Below are positions 39,612 to 51,670 of a DNA stretch of 64,000 nt, piece after piece (positions within the stretch are counted from its first letter, which is position 1; each line of letters starts with the position of its first letter). The DNA is taken from the NCBI RefSeq assembly GCF_009834535.1, contig NC_045696.1, forward strand, positions 48,238,001-48,302,000. Reading direction: 5' to 3'. Both the position numbers and the translations under genes were made by a program. The stretch comes from Camelus ferus. Its lineage: Eukaryota. Under the pieces are notes generated by a model. That model did not search any database, was not told the DNA's origin, and saw nothing but the letters and a program-made list of their open reading frames with translations.

Positions 39612-42206
39612 GGGTTGCAAGGACAGTTCAATATCCATAAAGCAATCAATGTGATATGCCACATTAACAAACTGAAGAATAAAAATTGTATGTTCATCTC
39701 AACAGATGGAGAAAAAGCTTTGGACAAAATTCAACATATATTTATGATAAAAATTTTCAGCAAATAGAGTATAGAGGGAACATGCCTCAACATAGGAAAT
39801 GCTACACGTGAGAAGTGCACAGCTAACATAATAGTGGTGGTGGAAGGCTGACAGCATTTCCTCTAAGATCAGGAACAAGACAAGGATGCCCACTCTCACC
39901 ACTTCTATTCAATATAGTATTGGAAGTCTTAAAATAGTAATCAGACAGCAAAAATAAATAAAAGGAATCCAAATTGTTATGGAAGAAGTGAAACTGTCAT
40001 TGTATGTAGGTGACATGATATTATACATAAAATATCCTAATGATGCCACCAGAGACTAGTAGAACTCATAAATGATTTTAGTAAAGATACAGGATACAAA
40101 ATTAATAAACAGAAATCTCTTTCATTTTTATACACTAACACTGAACTGTCAGAAAGAGAAATAAATTAAGAAAACAGTCCCACTTATGATCACGTGAGAA
40201 AGAGTAAAATACCTAGGAATAAATCTAATTAAGGAGGTGAAAACCCTATGTTCTAAAGATTATACAAAATTGATGTAAGAAATTAAAGATGGCACAAGTG
40301 GATGGAAACATATACTGTGCTTGTGGATTGAAAGAATTATTATTGTTAAAATGACCATACGACTACTAAAGATAGTCTGCAGATTCAACACAATCCCTAT
40401 CAAAATACCAAGGGCATTTGTCACAGAACTAGAACAAATAATTCTAAAATTTGTATGGAAACACAAAAGAGTCAGAATAACCAAAACAATCTTGAGAAAA
40501 TAACAAAGTTGGAGGTATCCAGCTCCCTGACTTCAAAATATACTAGAAAGCTACAGTAATCAAAACAATATGCTTGCACAAAAACAGGCACATAGATCAA
40601 TGGACAGAATGGAGAGCACAAAAATGAACCCACATTAATATGGGCAATTAATCTACAATAAAGGAGACAAGAATATACAATGGGTAAAAGACAGTCTCTT
40701 CAATAAATGGTGCTGCAAAAACTGGACAGCTACCTGCAAAAGAATCAAACTAGACTACTTTCTCACACTATGTACAAATATAAAGTCAAAATGGATTAAG
40801 ACTTAAATGTAAGACCTGAAGCCATAAAACTTCTACAGAAAACATAGGAGGTATGCTCTCTGACATCAATCTCAGCAATATTTTTTGGATATATCTCTTC
40901 AGGCAAGGGACACAAAAGCAAAAATAAACAAATGGAACTATATCAAACTAAGAAGCTTTTACGTGGCAAAGAGAACTATCAACAACATGAAAAGTCTGTC
41001 TACTGAGTGGGGGAAGATATTTGCAAATGATATATCTGGTAAGAGCTTAATATCCAAAAGAACTCATACAACTCAACATCATAAAAACAAACAACACAGT
41101 TAAAAATTGGGCAGAAGACCTGAATGGACATTTTTCTAAAGCAGACATACAGATGGCTGACAGGCACATGAAAAGATGCTCGACATCACGAATCATCAGG
41201 AAAATGCAAGTCAAAACCACAATGAAATATCACCACACACTTGTCAAAATGGTTGTTATTAAAAAGACAACAAATACCATGTGTTGGTGAGGATGTGGAG
41301 AAGGGGGGAACTCTTTTGCACTGTTGGTGGGAATGTAAATTGGTGTAGCCACTATGGAAAAGAGTATGGAGTTTCCTCAAAAAATTAAAAAGAGAACCAT
41401 CACATGATCCCACAATTTCATTCTGGAGTATTTATCTGGAGAAAGCGAAAACACTAATTTGAAAAGATACATGCAACCTGGTGTTCATAGCAGCATTATT
41501 TACATTAGCCAAGATATGGAAGTAACCTTAAGTGTCCATTAACAAATGAATCGATAATGAGGATGTGGTATACCTAGGGATACATACACAATGGAATATT
41601 ACTCAGCCATAAAAATGATTAAAATTCTGCCATTTGTGACAACCTGGATCAACCTTAGAGCGTCTTATGCTAAGTGAAATAAGTAAGACAGAGAAAGAAA
41701 CATACTATATGACGTTACTTTTATGTGGAATCTAAAAACAAAACAAATGAACAAACATAACAAAACAGAAACAGAGTCATAGATACAGAGAAGAAACAAG
41801 TGGTTACCAGAGGGGAGAGGATGTTGGGAAGGAGAATAATAGATTAGGGAGATTAAGAGGTTAAAAACTTCTGTATTTTCTGCTCAATTTTCTATAAACC
41901 TGAAACTGCTCTAAAAAAATAACAATCTATTAAAAAATAAAATAAATAAATGGGATTAGGGCAGGGAGGTATAGCTCAGTGGTAGAGTGTGTGCTTAGTA
42001 TGCATGAGATCTTGGGTTCAATCCCTAATATCTCTATTTAAATAAATAAATAAATAAAAAACTAATTACCTCCCCTCCCCCCAGAAAACCAAAACCAAAA
42101 CCAAAAATAAATGAAATGTATAATGTGAGGAATATAGTCAGTAATTATGGAATATATCTTTGTATGGTGACAACTGGTAACTAGACTTGATGTGGGTGAT
42201 CATTTG
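39612..42206 (+). mobile_element. L1 fragment: ORF2 RT and C-terminal region (dead) plus 3'UTR, truncated at both ends
   Basis: Translates to [70 protein letters not shown] (cf. LFADDMILY) and [20 protein letters not shown]; many stops and frameshifts. Confidence 0.95.
41964..42110 (+). mobile_element. tRNA-Ala-derived SINE (camelid Vic-1 type)
   Basis: 'gggaggtatagctcagtggtagagtgtgtgcttagtatgcatgagatcttgggttcaatccctaatatctcta' is tRNA-Ala(AGC) with CpG decay; A and B boxes visible; followed by (TAAA)n, a C-rich stretch and an A-rich tail. Confidence 0.85.
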
Positions 42207-45200
42207 TTTCTTTGCTTTTTTTTCACCCTTGAGTAAATAACAAATAGATAAGCAACCAGAAATAACACTACTCCCCAACTTTAATCAATCTCATGTGGTT
42301 TTTTTCCTGCATTGCCCTTTTGCACATTGCCTAGGGTGGCCTGGGGTCAGTCATTGCTGATGATTTTGTGCCTAATTGAAGAATCGCCATGCTTGGGGCC
42401 AAATTCTACTCAAGGCAGGCACATTTTCTTTCATAAGGAACAGAGGGAAGCTGACTTGAATTCATTTGGGATAAGATCTACACTGCCAAGGAATTTTAGT
42501 CCAATTTTCTTCCCATCAAAACTTATTGAAAAATAATAATTATCCATTCATTTATTTTAAGTGACTACTGTGTACCCCATGCACTTCAATTTATGTTTAA
42601 TTTACCACCTATCCCCACTTACAATTACTGACATACCTAATGAAAGTGAGAACAGTCTCAAATAATCCTTATGTTTAATTTCTAATTGAAAATGAACTCT
42701 TATTATTAATCTGTGCCAATATTAAAAAGCTTTTTTGTTATGTATAATGTGAAAATTCCTAGAGTTGTAGTTAGAAATAACAGTAATTTGAAGTACTTTT
42801 CAGAGATGGAGGATAGGTTACAAAACATTCAGATGAATTGGTTGATGGTTGTGGAAATGAATTTTTGTGATTACAAATGGAGTGTTTTATAAACGTATAC
42901 ATCCAGTATGCCTCCATAATATCTGACCTTTTCAGAACTATCAAGCAAATCTCTGTTCAACTCTTAATGGACGGAGGGGAATTCACTACTTAAAATAAAG
43001 CAGAGCTTTCTTTTTTCCTTTTGAGTATTTATATGACATCGCAATGTAGAAAGACAGCAAATCCTTTGATATTTTGGTATAAGAGGAAAAGAGGTTGAAA
43101 ATCTTACCCTGTAAATAGTGAGGAAATATTTTATAGTCTTTTGGGGAGGTGAGGAAAGTGTTCAGATAGTAGATGGGAAACTGAGAGAAAGAAGTGGAGT
43201 AAAAATTTTTACATTACAAATGTCTCAGTATTTACTCAGCTTTCCATGTCCTGTTTGGCTTCACTTCCTTTTTTGTGTTCTGCAGTTTATAGGTAATGAT
43301 GATAGAAAAGGTATTGAGACTGTGTTCTAAACCTGACCCCACTGCCAGTTGTTCATAAAATCCACAGCACACTTTCAGGCATAGCATTGAGGATCAAATC
43401 ACATTTTTGTCTCCTGTTTCTGGAATATTTCAGCTGGAGGGCAGAGAATGATTGCATTGTTCCCCTCTGTGACAGCTTCACGTACTCTTTAGAGGATGAT
43501 GAGCAGTAGAATTTCTTTTCTTCTCTTTTCTTCATTTCTTTATACGACAACTTTTAAAAATTCACGGTTGAAATACGTGACTTGTCACATCCAGGCACTA
43601 ATATTATCCTTCCGTTGAATGGGGGACATATCTGGTCTTACTTCTTCATCCTTCAGGATTCTGACCTGAAGGATGGAGCAGCCACTTAAAGTTGATCTTT
43701 TGTGAAGTTCATATGAACTGGTGGGAATTCAGCCCTGCTGAGGGTGTTTCAAAGACATTATTCATTGTAAACACTCATCTTTGTTTGTGGTGCAAATGGA
43801 TATTATGCTGTGATATCTCTATACTAATGTGTCTTTGTATATACTTTCAGGTTACGTATCAGTCAGAGAGTAACACATTGTATGACCAAGGGTTAAAGTT
43901 TTTGAAACAGGTATAAAGCAAAGAAATTACTTGAAGGCAGAATAATAAGGAAGATCCATAGAAGAGATAGATTAAGAGTAAATCTTTGAACAACAGAATT
44001 ATCCTGATAATCAGGGCACAAAACAAGTGTGAGAGTGGGACTAATTAGACTGTATTTCACAAGCCGTGAGAAGATTGCTCTAACTCTAAATTGCCCAGAA
44101 GTGATGCAGTGAAAACAGGGCTAGTCTTTATCTAAGCAGCATTTTACTTCCCACACCCAGAATGGGGTCTCCAGTAAAGTAGGCTCTCAAGAGATATTTG
44201 TTCATTGAATGAATGGCTGTGGTTCAAGCAAGTGAAAAGCTAGAGGTAAGACTGGGTGGGTCAAGATTATTTTCTGACCACCTCTAGATAAATACTTGAC
44301 TTTGTAAGGGAGGCTTGTAAGTCATTTCATCCAACTGACCACTTGCCCTTTTCTGCCTGGCAGCCAGATACATTTGAGACTTGATGTTCAGTCCCCGTTT
44401 CATCTACAGTCTTACAGCCTCAAGCGGATAATGCCATTTTGCCATGATGAGAATCATGTACAAACTCGTGTTTTCTTCGATTGAACTTTTGAGTGTGAGA
44501 GGTTACTGATATCCAGAGCTTACAGCAAAATCCAAAAAGAAGCTGAAAAGACATGAAAAAAAAGTTCCTACAAAACAAGGCATTTTCTGTTGGTCAGTGC
44601 TTCACACATCTTCTCACAGCAAAGACGTGCTTAGAAGCCAAATTGTGACTTCATCAGGAGAGAGTTTTGTTAGTCAGGAGAGCACCAGGCAGATCAGTAG
44701 AAATATACTGTGATCTGACCAGTACTCTTAACACATGTCTAAATTTCATACTTAAGGCAAGTGTAGAAACAAGTTTGAGTTCTCTGATTCAGGTAAAATA
44801 GAGAGTATTACATCTGCCTTAATCTTTGTAAAAGGTTCGCAGCCCACCAGAGGAAGATTACTGTAACAGACCCGCAACTGTTCTGTGCCTGTGTGCCGGG
44901 TCTGCTCCAGGTCTCTCCCCAGGGTGTTGTCAGATGCATGGTTAGAACAGAGGAATCTGATCACATTGGCCCCGCTTGAAATCCTCCTGGTGAATCCCTG
45001 TGGCCTTCAGTGTAACATCCAGAGTACTTTGAACAGAGTACAAAGCCCATCAGGCCCCCACAATCCCCTTCCCTCCTTTCTTTAATGTGATACTATTGGG
45101 TATCTACTATGTGCCAGGAACTGGGGTCATTGCCAAGGGTTCAGTGAAGAATAAGGAATACAGACCTGCACCGTCATTCCCCACTGCTTCTCAGCCCTAC

Positions 45201-45401
45201 TCTCAAAATGTTTCAATGGGCCTTTTTGCCTTTTTTGCACAATAAATGGGGGTCTATGGGGAAAGATTTTTTCCTGTGTTTTACCTCCCTGTTATTATAT
45301 AAATGAAGAAACTTGCTTGATCTATATATATTGTGGAAACAAGGATGGATGATTGGGGGCTGAGGCTAACAGAGAAAAGGGCTGATTTTTACCAGTGTTC
45401 C

Positions 45402-45894
45402 TATGGCAGATTAAAATGGTTGCACATTCGATGGCATTCTTTTCGTGGAGAAGTGAGGTTTATTTCACTTGAATTTGGTCAGGGTCTCTGAAAACCTAGA
45501 CTGATAGAATATTGTGGGTGTGGCACAATGCTTCTTTCTAGGCTCAGGCCTTAATGCACTGGCAGCTATTATTTTCTGTTCCCTGGAACTCTCCCTCTTG
45601 TATCCCCGACCTAACACATAAGAAGCCCAACATGGTAACATTGAAAACAGTGTGAGTGCATGAAAGGGGAAAGGTGCCCACAGAGCCAAGTCTTCTAGGT
45701 CTCTTTGAAAGGAGTCAGGCTTGGACCTCCCAGACCAACCCAACCACCAGCTGGATATTACTGAGTGACTGCAACTGATGCTCCATTCTTCTGGGAGCAG
45801 AACATTTTTCCAGATCAGCCCTTCCCGAATTCATACACTGTATTAATCCACTAAAGTTTGGGGTAGTTTGTTGACCAAATAGGTAATTGGAACA
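45402..45894 (+). mobile_element. MaLR solo LTR (MLT1H-like)
   Basis: 'tatggcagattaaaatgg', 'ctaggctcaggccttaa..actggcagct', 3' 'ccactaaagtttggggtagtttgtt..aataggtaattggaaca'. Confidence 0.8.
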
Positions 45895-46089
45895 GCTTGT
45901 ATCTAGTCATCAGGTAACGATTACTTTAGTAATTCCACACCCACTGCAGGACTTACTGAGGGTAACTGGATATACCGTGCCTGCCTTCTCTTCGATGGTG
46001 GCACCGCCACAATGTATTTGCCAGCTAATGGGGAAATTATAGGTTACTGTGTGTTTTTTTTTTTAAATCTCTCTAACAGATAGTAGTCA

Positions 46090-46255
46090 TTCATATTTAT
46101 TTACTACATGACATTTTGTAAATCTCACGTCTATTTTGTCTGGTATTCTTATCATATACCTATAAGGTCATTTGTCAAGTCCAGATTCTGCCATCTTGCA
46201 GACGGCACATCTGAGGCACGGAGGTCTGGTTACTTCTCTACCGTCTCACAGCTAA
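46090..46255 (-). mobile_element. MIR fragment
   Basis: 'ccatcttgcagacggcacatctgaggcacggaggtctggttacttctc..gtctcacagctaag'. Confidence 0.6.
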
Positions 46256-46339
46256 GGTTCTCAGAGCACACTGTGTTTTCCCTTTGCGTACTTCTCAAAT
46301 TCAATTAAATGTGAGATGATCATCTGCTAAATATCTGTC

Positions 46340-46465
46340 AACTAGACTTTCTGCTCCAAAAGGTCAGTGAACTTCTTTGTTTTATCACTCTATATTTAGA
46401 ACTTAGCCCTGTGCCTGACAGAAAATACTCACTCAGTATTAGCTGAATGAATAAATTAATGAAGA
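46340..46465 (+). mobile_element. L2 3' end
   Basis: 'ctagactttctgctcc..ctgtgcctgacag..ctcagtattagctgaatgaataaattaatga'. Confidence 0.7.
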
Positions 46466-47387
46466 ATGGCAGGGCTCTGACTAAAACCTAGATTTCCCAA
46501 TTCAGAAGTGCAGTCTTTTTTCGTCAAACCAGTGATGGAGGAGAGGGCACGCGTCGTTTGGGAATCTCCGTCAAAGTGCACAGCAGGCACACTCTCCCCT
46601 TCTCCTGCTCCCCTTTTCACCAGGGCATATCTTTGTGTAGGAAATCTGAGTTTTGAAATTTTGTCTTAGTAATTCTCATCTATCCCCTGTTGAGAACTAA
46701 GGCATGTACTATTATTCTTCCTCTTAATTGCATGTTGTTACAAATGAGGAAATGCTCTGAGAAGATACAGTGGTTTTCTATTTGGAAAGAAAATACCAAG
46801 GAAGCTGGGGAATCTACCTTCATGGTTAAATGAATTGGACGATTCAGGGCATTGGGAGAATCTGAGTTAACCCATCAACAGTGATATGAGAAGACAGTTC
46901 ACTTTCAGGCATTTCAACATTTCTTAGCTGATGTAGCTCCCATAAAGAAAACTATTCCGATCGCTTCCACCATTGCTTTCCTAAATGCTTCTGAACTCTG
47001 AGTGGCCCTTGAACTAAGTGTCAGATCCTAAGAACTGGTAGTGATCCAGGGGAGCTGCCTGCAAGCCAGCATGCTGGGGGAGTAAGGAGCTGCCTCTCAA
47101 GATCCCTGCCCACCCTTTTTGTGTTTCTCAGCCAACTGAGCAATGAGAACAGCTGGCCAATACAATTAGGGAAAGGGTGCTATGGACCTTGTGTTGCCAG
47201 CTAGGTAAAGTTCAGATGGGTTTCTTGGATCTGAGTGTCTGGGATGCTGGGGTCTGTAGATACAGTTCATCAGTCAGGAATAGGCTAAAGGGATACTGAT
47301 AGCTTAAAGTAAGTGAAATAATGTTTCTCCAGTTCTTCAGACTAGCAGCAGCTTCTCCTTTCTGGAGTCAAAAACTAACCCCTTCAA

Positions 47388-47540
47388 TAGAAGGAAAGAA
47401 AGGAGAAAGGGAGGGGGTGAGAAGTAGAAAGGAAAGAAAAAGGAAGGAGAAAGAAGGGTGATAGGAGGAAAAGGAGAGAAAGGAAGAGGGGGTGATGAAG
47501 CAGAGATAGAGAAAGAAAGGAAGAGGAGAGGAGAGAGAGA
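47388..47540. repeat. GA-rich low-complexity tract
   Basis: ~150 bp that is almost entirely purines. Confidence 0.85.
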
Positions 47541-49319
47541 CTTTAGCACTAAGAAGAATCATTTTTGTTAACATATATATCTGTATTCATATACCTCAGT
47601 GAATATACTATTGGATCAGAGTTATGTGTAAAATAAGGTGTTTTAAGAAGCTGTACTAGTAGACCACTGATGGTCTGTCATACAGCAAATGCCAGGTTAC
47701 AAGTTGCCACACGGATTGTCTCAGCTATAACTGAGGAGGAAGACAGAAGAATCATGGCTTCCTAACAGGATGTCTGTAAACTGTATTCTGCACAATTTAG
47801 TTATTCTAAGAGAAGCACCACTTCTCCAGAGAAGGTATACTGAAAATCATAAGAATGACTCCTAGACATCAAGGGAGGGTTTAAATATATTGTGTATAAT
47901 CTCCTTACTAACCCTTTAAAGATGCTTATTTTTCATATCAAAGTTAACTATTAGAAATATTTGGGGAAAAGTGAGTATTAGGCTGAAATACTCAAAAGCT
48001 CATCTTTCGACAACAAATTATATTAACATTTTGGACTATCTCCCAATATTTTGTTATGTTGAGCAAAAATAAATCTTATTAAAGTAGCATTCCATACAGG
48101 GTAGACCTCATTTGTTTTGTCCTTCTCTGGGCAAAACGCTCTGCTTGCAATAGTCCCAGGGAGTCCAGCAAGCCAGTAATCCTCTCTGCATTTTAAAGGC
48201 TACTTCAATGTGGGGCTTTAAAAACAGAGCAAAAGAATCTATTGCAAATGACTGAACACAGACCCTGGAATGATTCTATGCATATCTATTATGAAGATTA
48301 CATTGGTACAAATGTATTTGATAAACTGTAATAGATATGTAAAAGAATTTGCTGTAAACTTTTCGTTCCTCATGACCAAGAAGCAGATGGAAATCCCTCA
48401 AGAGCTGTGGCTAAGAAAGCAATCATTGTTATACTTCATTCTGGATTCCTGTTCCTCCAGATTTTACTAACCTTCCTTGATACGCTTCACACTATTTGTG
48501 CATCATGCTGATTTATGCCGTGATGTACACTTTTATTTGACAAAATATTTTAAGACCTGTTACTTAATCTTTGAACACATTACAGTCAAAGTACTCAAAA
48601 AAATCTTTATTCAGTTACCTGGTGTGCTTCCTCCTCTGTGCTTTGTAGGACTCGGTCTGATGCTCTGCGCACCCTAGCAACACCTGCTCTATTCTGTTAA
48701 TGCTGTCACTCCCCCTCTAACCTCATTGCTCTCTGAATGTTTCCGTTTTATTTTCTTTTCAGGCAGTGTTCTTTCTCCATATAAATGAACAGGTGAATGT
48801 TTTAGATATTTTATGGCAGGAAGAGTAATTGGCTCTTTAGGATTTGAGATGATGCTACTTCTGTAGTCTAGTGCCCCACTCCACCTCATCCCTTCCCAGT
48901 CTGCAGGATCTCAGTAAAGTGATACTGCCTGATTTTGTATATAGTATAAATTCATAAGGATTGCTTTTTATTTTGAAGGTAATAGTCATTTTGTCCATAT
49001 AATATATTTTATTCTTTCTCTTTCCAGTTAACATTTTATTATACCCCAAACATTTTTATACTTCCCATAAACTTAGAATGAACCAACGTTATACTAACTT
49101 TTCTTTCCTTATAAAATTAATATAGGTTCATTAAAGCAAATTGAAAACAGAGGAAAGGAAACAAAATTCCACCACTCTGTCTTCTTCACACAGTATGTAT
49201 ATACACATAATATACATGTATATTTGTATTTTGCCATTTACTTTGCATCAAATTATAAGCATATGGGTAACTCAGTTATTTTTTCTTATTATTTGAATAT
49301 TTTTAAAAGATAATTTTTG

Positions 49320-49782
49320 CTTACAGCAAATAAAACTGTACTGTGGAGTTTGAACCATATACAGAAGTAAAATGTGTGACAAGTGTGATACTAATGCAAG
49401 GATATGGTAGAATACTGTTACAAATTTGTTATAAAGATGTGAAGTGGCATTCTATCACTTGAAGGTAAACTAATAAAGATAAATTAAAGATGTATATTAT
49501 GTATCTGAAAGCAATCACTAAAATAGCACAAAGAGTTACAGCTAATAATCCAGCTAAAGATAGAAAGTGGAATCATCAAATACAATCAGTCCAAGGACAG
49601 GAAAAGAGGTGAAAGGGGACGAAGAACAGACGAAACAAATAGAAAGCAAATCACACACTGATAGACTTAAACCTAATGTCAATAATTACATTACATGTTA
49701 ATAGTCCAAACTTCCTGATTTATAAGGGAGAGTCAGTCTGGATAAAAAAAGAAGACCCAACTGTTTGTTGCTTGGAAGAACG
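49320..49782 (+). mobile_element. Ancient L1 (L1M-type) inter-ORF spacer and ORF2 endonuclease N-terminus
   Basis: SIITLHVNSPN...WIKKEDPTVCCLEE matches the L1 EN start (SIITLNVNGLN...WIKKQDPTICCLQE). Confidence 0.85.
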
Positions 49783-50599
49783 TTTTGGAAAATGGACAGA
49801 AGTAAAATCACTCGTTCATAATGCCAGTATTCCATCTTGCTTTTCTAGTTTGTATTTCTTTCTTTCTTTCTAGTCTTTTTTCTTAGGCATGTTTTCGTGA
49901 CTGCTAATGTGGTGTGTATACAGCACTCTTTCTGCTTTTGTCACTTAAGGTCTGTTGCTGTGTGGAAATGGGTTAAACCTCAGTGGTTCACAATAATCCA
50001 TTCCCTAGCAGTTATGAATTCAGAACTCAGTTTCTAATATTAGCCAAATAAAAATGTCACACAGTTGTCCTACATGGTTAGCAATAGGACTCAAAAATAA
50101 GAAGGGATCCCTGTTCTCAAGAAATTAAAAATATCTTTCCTTAAGATGGCTTGTTTTGGGGTAAATGGGTCATAGTAGTATTCTGCAGTAAATGTTGATG
50201 ACTCGCTGCCCAGTTAGTTCACATAGTCTTAAATATATAACTATTTGAACTAAATGTAATCTTTCTTTGATGACTTAGAAAGTTCTTTTGAAATGTGTTC
50301 ACTGTGTTTAGGATTATCTCATGGCATCATTTGTCCTTGAACTATGAAAATGCAAAATTGCCTAGTGATAAAGGGTTTTGGCTCGTGGACTCCTGCATCA
50401 CTTTGGATGAGCTTCTGTGTGTATGGCTTCTAGCTCAGCACTTAACATACAGTATTCACTTAGGGAAAACTATTGATTTTCTTTTTATTTATTGCGCTGC
50501 CTTTATACTTTTATTTTAGTATAAATGTAAAACATTTACAATAAGCTTTTATAGGTCCAACCACACATGCTTAAAAAACATAACTTTCTCAATTGACGT

Positions 50600-50870
50600 G
50601 GCAACATTATAATTTCAGAGGACAAAGTGCCAGAAGTGAGATTACTAGGTCAAAGGCTATGGATGGTTTTATGGTTTTTGAGTCATTTTGCTAATTTTTT
50701 CAAAGTGATTGAACCAACTTACCCTGCCACCAACGATAATGGGCCCAGAAATTCCATTTAAACTGTGTCAGCATTTGGCACTGGCATCAATTTTAGTTTT
50801 TGCCTAACTATTAAGTTTTTTCTTAATTTAACTTGAAAACATTTATAATGAGTTGAATATTTGAAGAGCT
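50600..50870 (-). mobile_element. Ancient L1 (L1ME-like) fragment
   Basis: 'ccagaagtgagattactaggtcaaagg..ttcaaagtgattgaaccaacttaccctgccaccaac'. Confidence 0.65.
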
Positions 50871-51439
50871 TTCACCCTTGAACATTTTAATTGTTAGAAA
50901 GTTATGTTTGTGATGTGCTGAGGTCTGTTATAACACACCCCGCGTGCCCCAAGAGCCACTAAGGCTATAACCTCCAATATTAAAATTAAAATGTAGTCCA
51001 AGATTTTAGCAGAAAGGAGTTCAGAAGATTTGTCCAGGCTGGATATTGAGGCTGGGTGCTGACACCTCTGCAGGTGTGTTCTCACTCTTGCATGATCCCT
51101 GCCTTCAAATGTGACAAGTTGCCAACGTAGCAATACCCCCCTGAAAATTCCTTCCCTTGGACTATCTCAGCACAACTTAGACAGAAAGGAATGAATTTAA
51201 GAGGAATGAATTATTCGTGCTAAAAATAAAAATTGTACATGAAGACAACATAAAATTTAATTATTCAAAAAAGTATACATTGTAAAGGAAAACTTGTCTC
51301 CATTCCAGTTTTCCTCCTCAGAAATAGTCAGTGTTACTTCTTCATGCACTTGCAAGCATTTCTTGCTCCTGGTATCCTACTCTACACAAACGATGGTTTT
51401 CTGTCTGGCTATTTGGAAATGATCAAAAGCATCGGCCTT

Positions 51440-51670
51440 AGCAGGGACTTGGTAAATGGCAGAGCCAGACTCAAAACTATCAGTGTGAACTTCAGAAAAA
51501 GCAGTTCATCCCTATGAATTTTAATTTTTTTTGTTTGTAAAAATGGAGGAAATGATGTTTACAACAGAAGGTTGATGTATACCTCAAAAAAGTACAAATA
51601 AATCATTTAGTACAATGGCTGGAACGTAGATGCTGTTCAGCAAATGATAGTTATTACATGTATTATCATT
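51440..51670. mobile_element. MIR fragments in both orientations
   Basis: 'gtaaatggcagagccagactcaaa' (antisense), then 'tgtaaaaatggagg..atttagtacaatggctggaacgtagatgctg' (sense). Confidence 0.55.

Noticed and set aside
39612..41600. Potentially active reverse transcriptase
   Set aside because: 5'-truncated, many stops and frameshifts, and the catalytic FADD motif is mutated to YVGD.
41964..42036. Possible functional tRNA-Ala gene
   Set aside because: Multiple stem-breaking CpG transitions, altered anticodon loop and a SINE tail.
44445..44510. C/D-box snoRNA-like ATGATGA...CTGA
   Set aside because: No terminal stem and no recognisable rRNA guide; such motifs are common by chance in AT-rich DNA.
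47337..47574. Proline/phenylalanine/serine-rich ORFs
   Set aside because: Derived from the GA-rich low-complexity tract.
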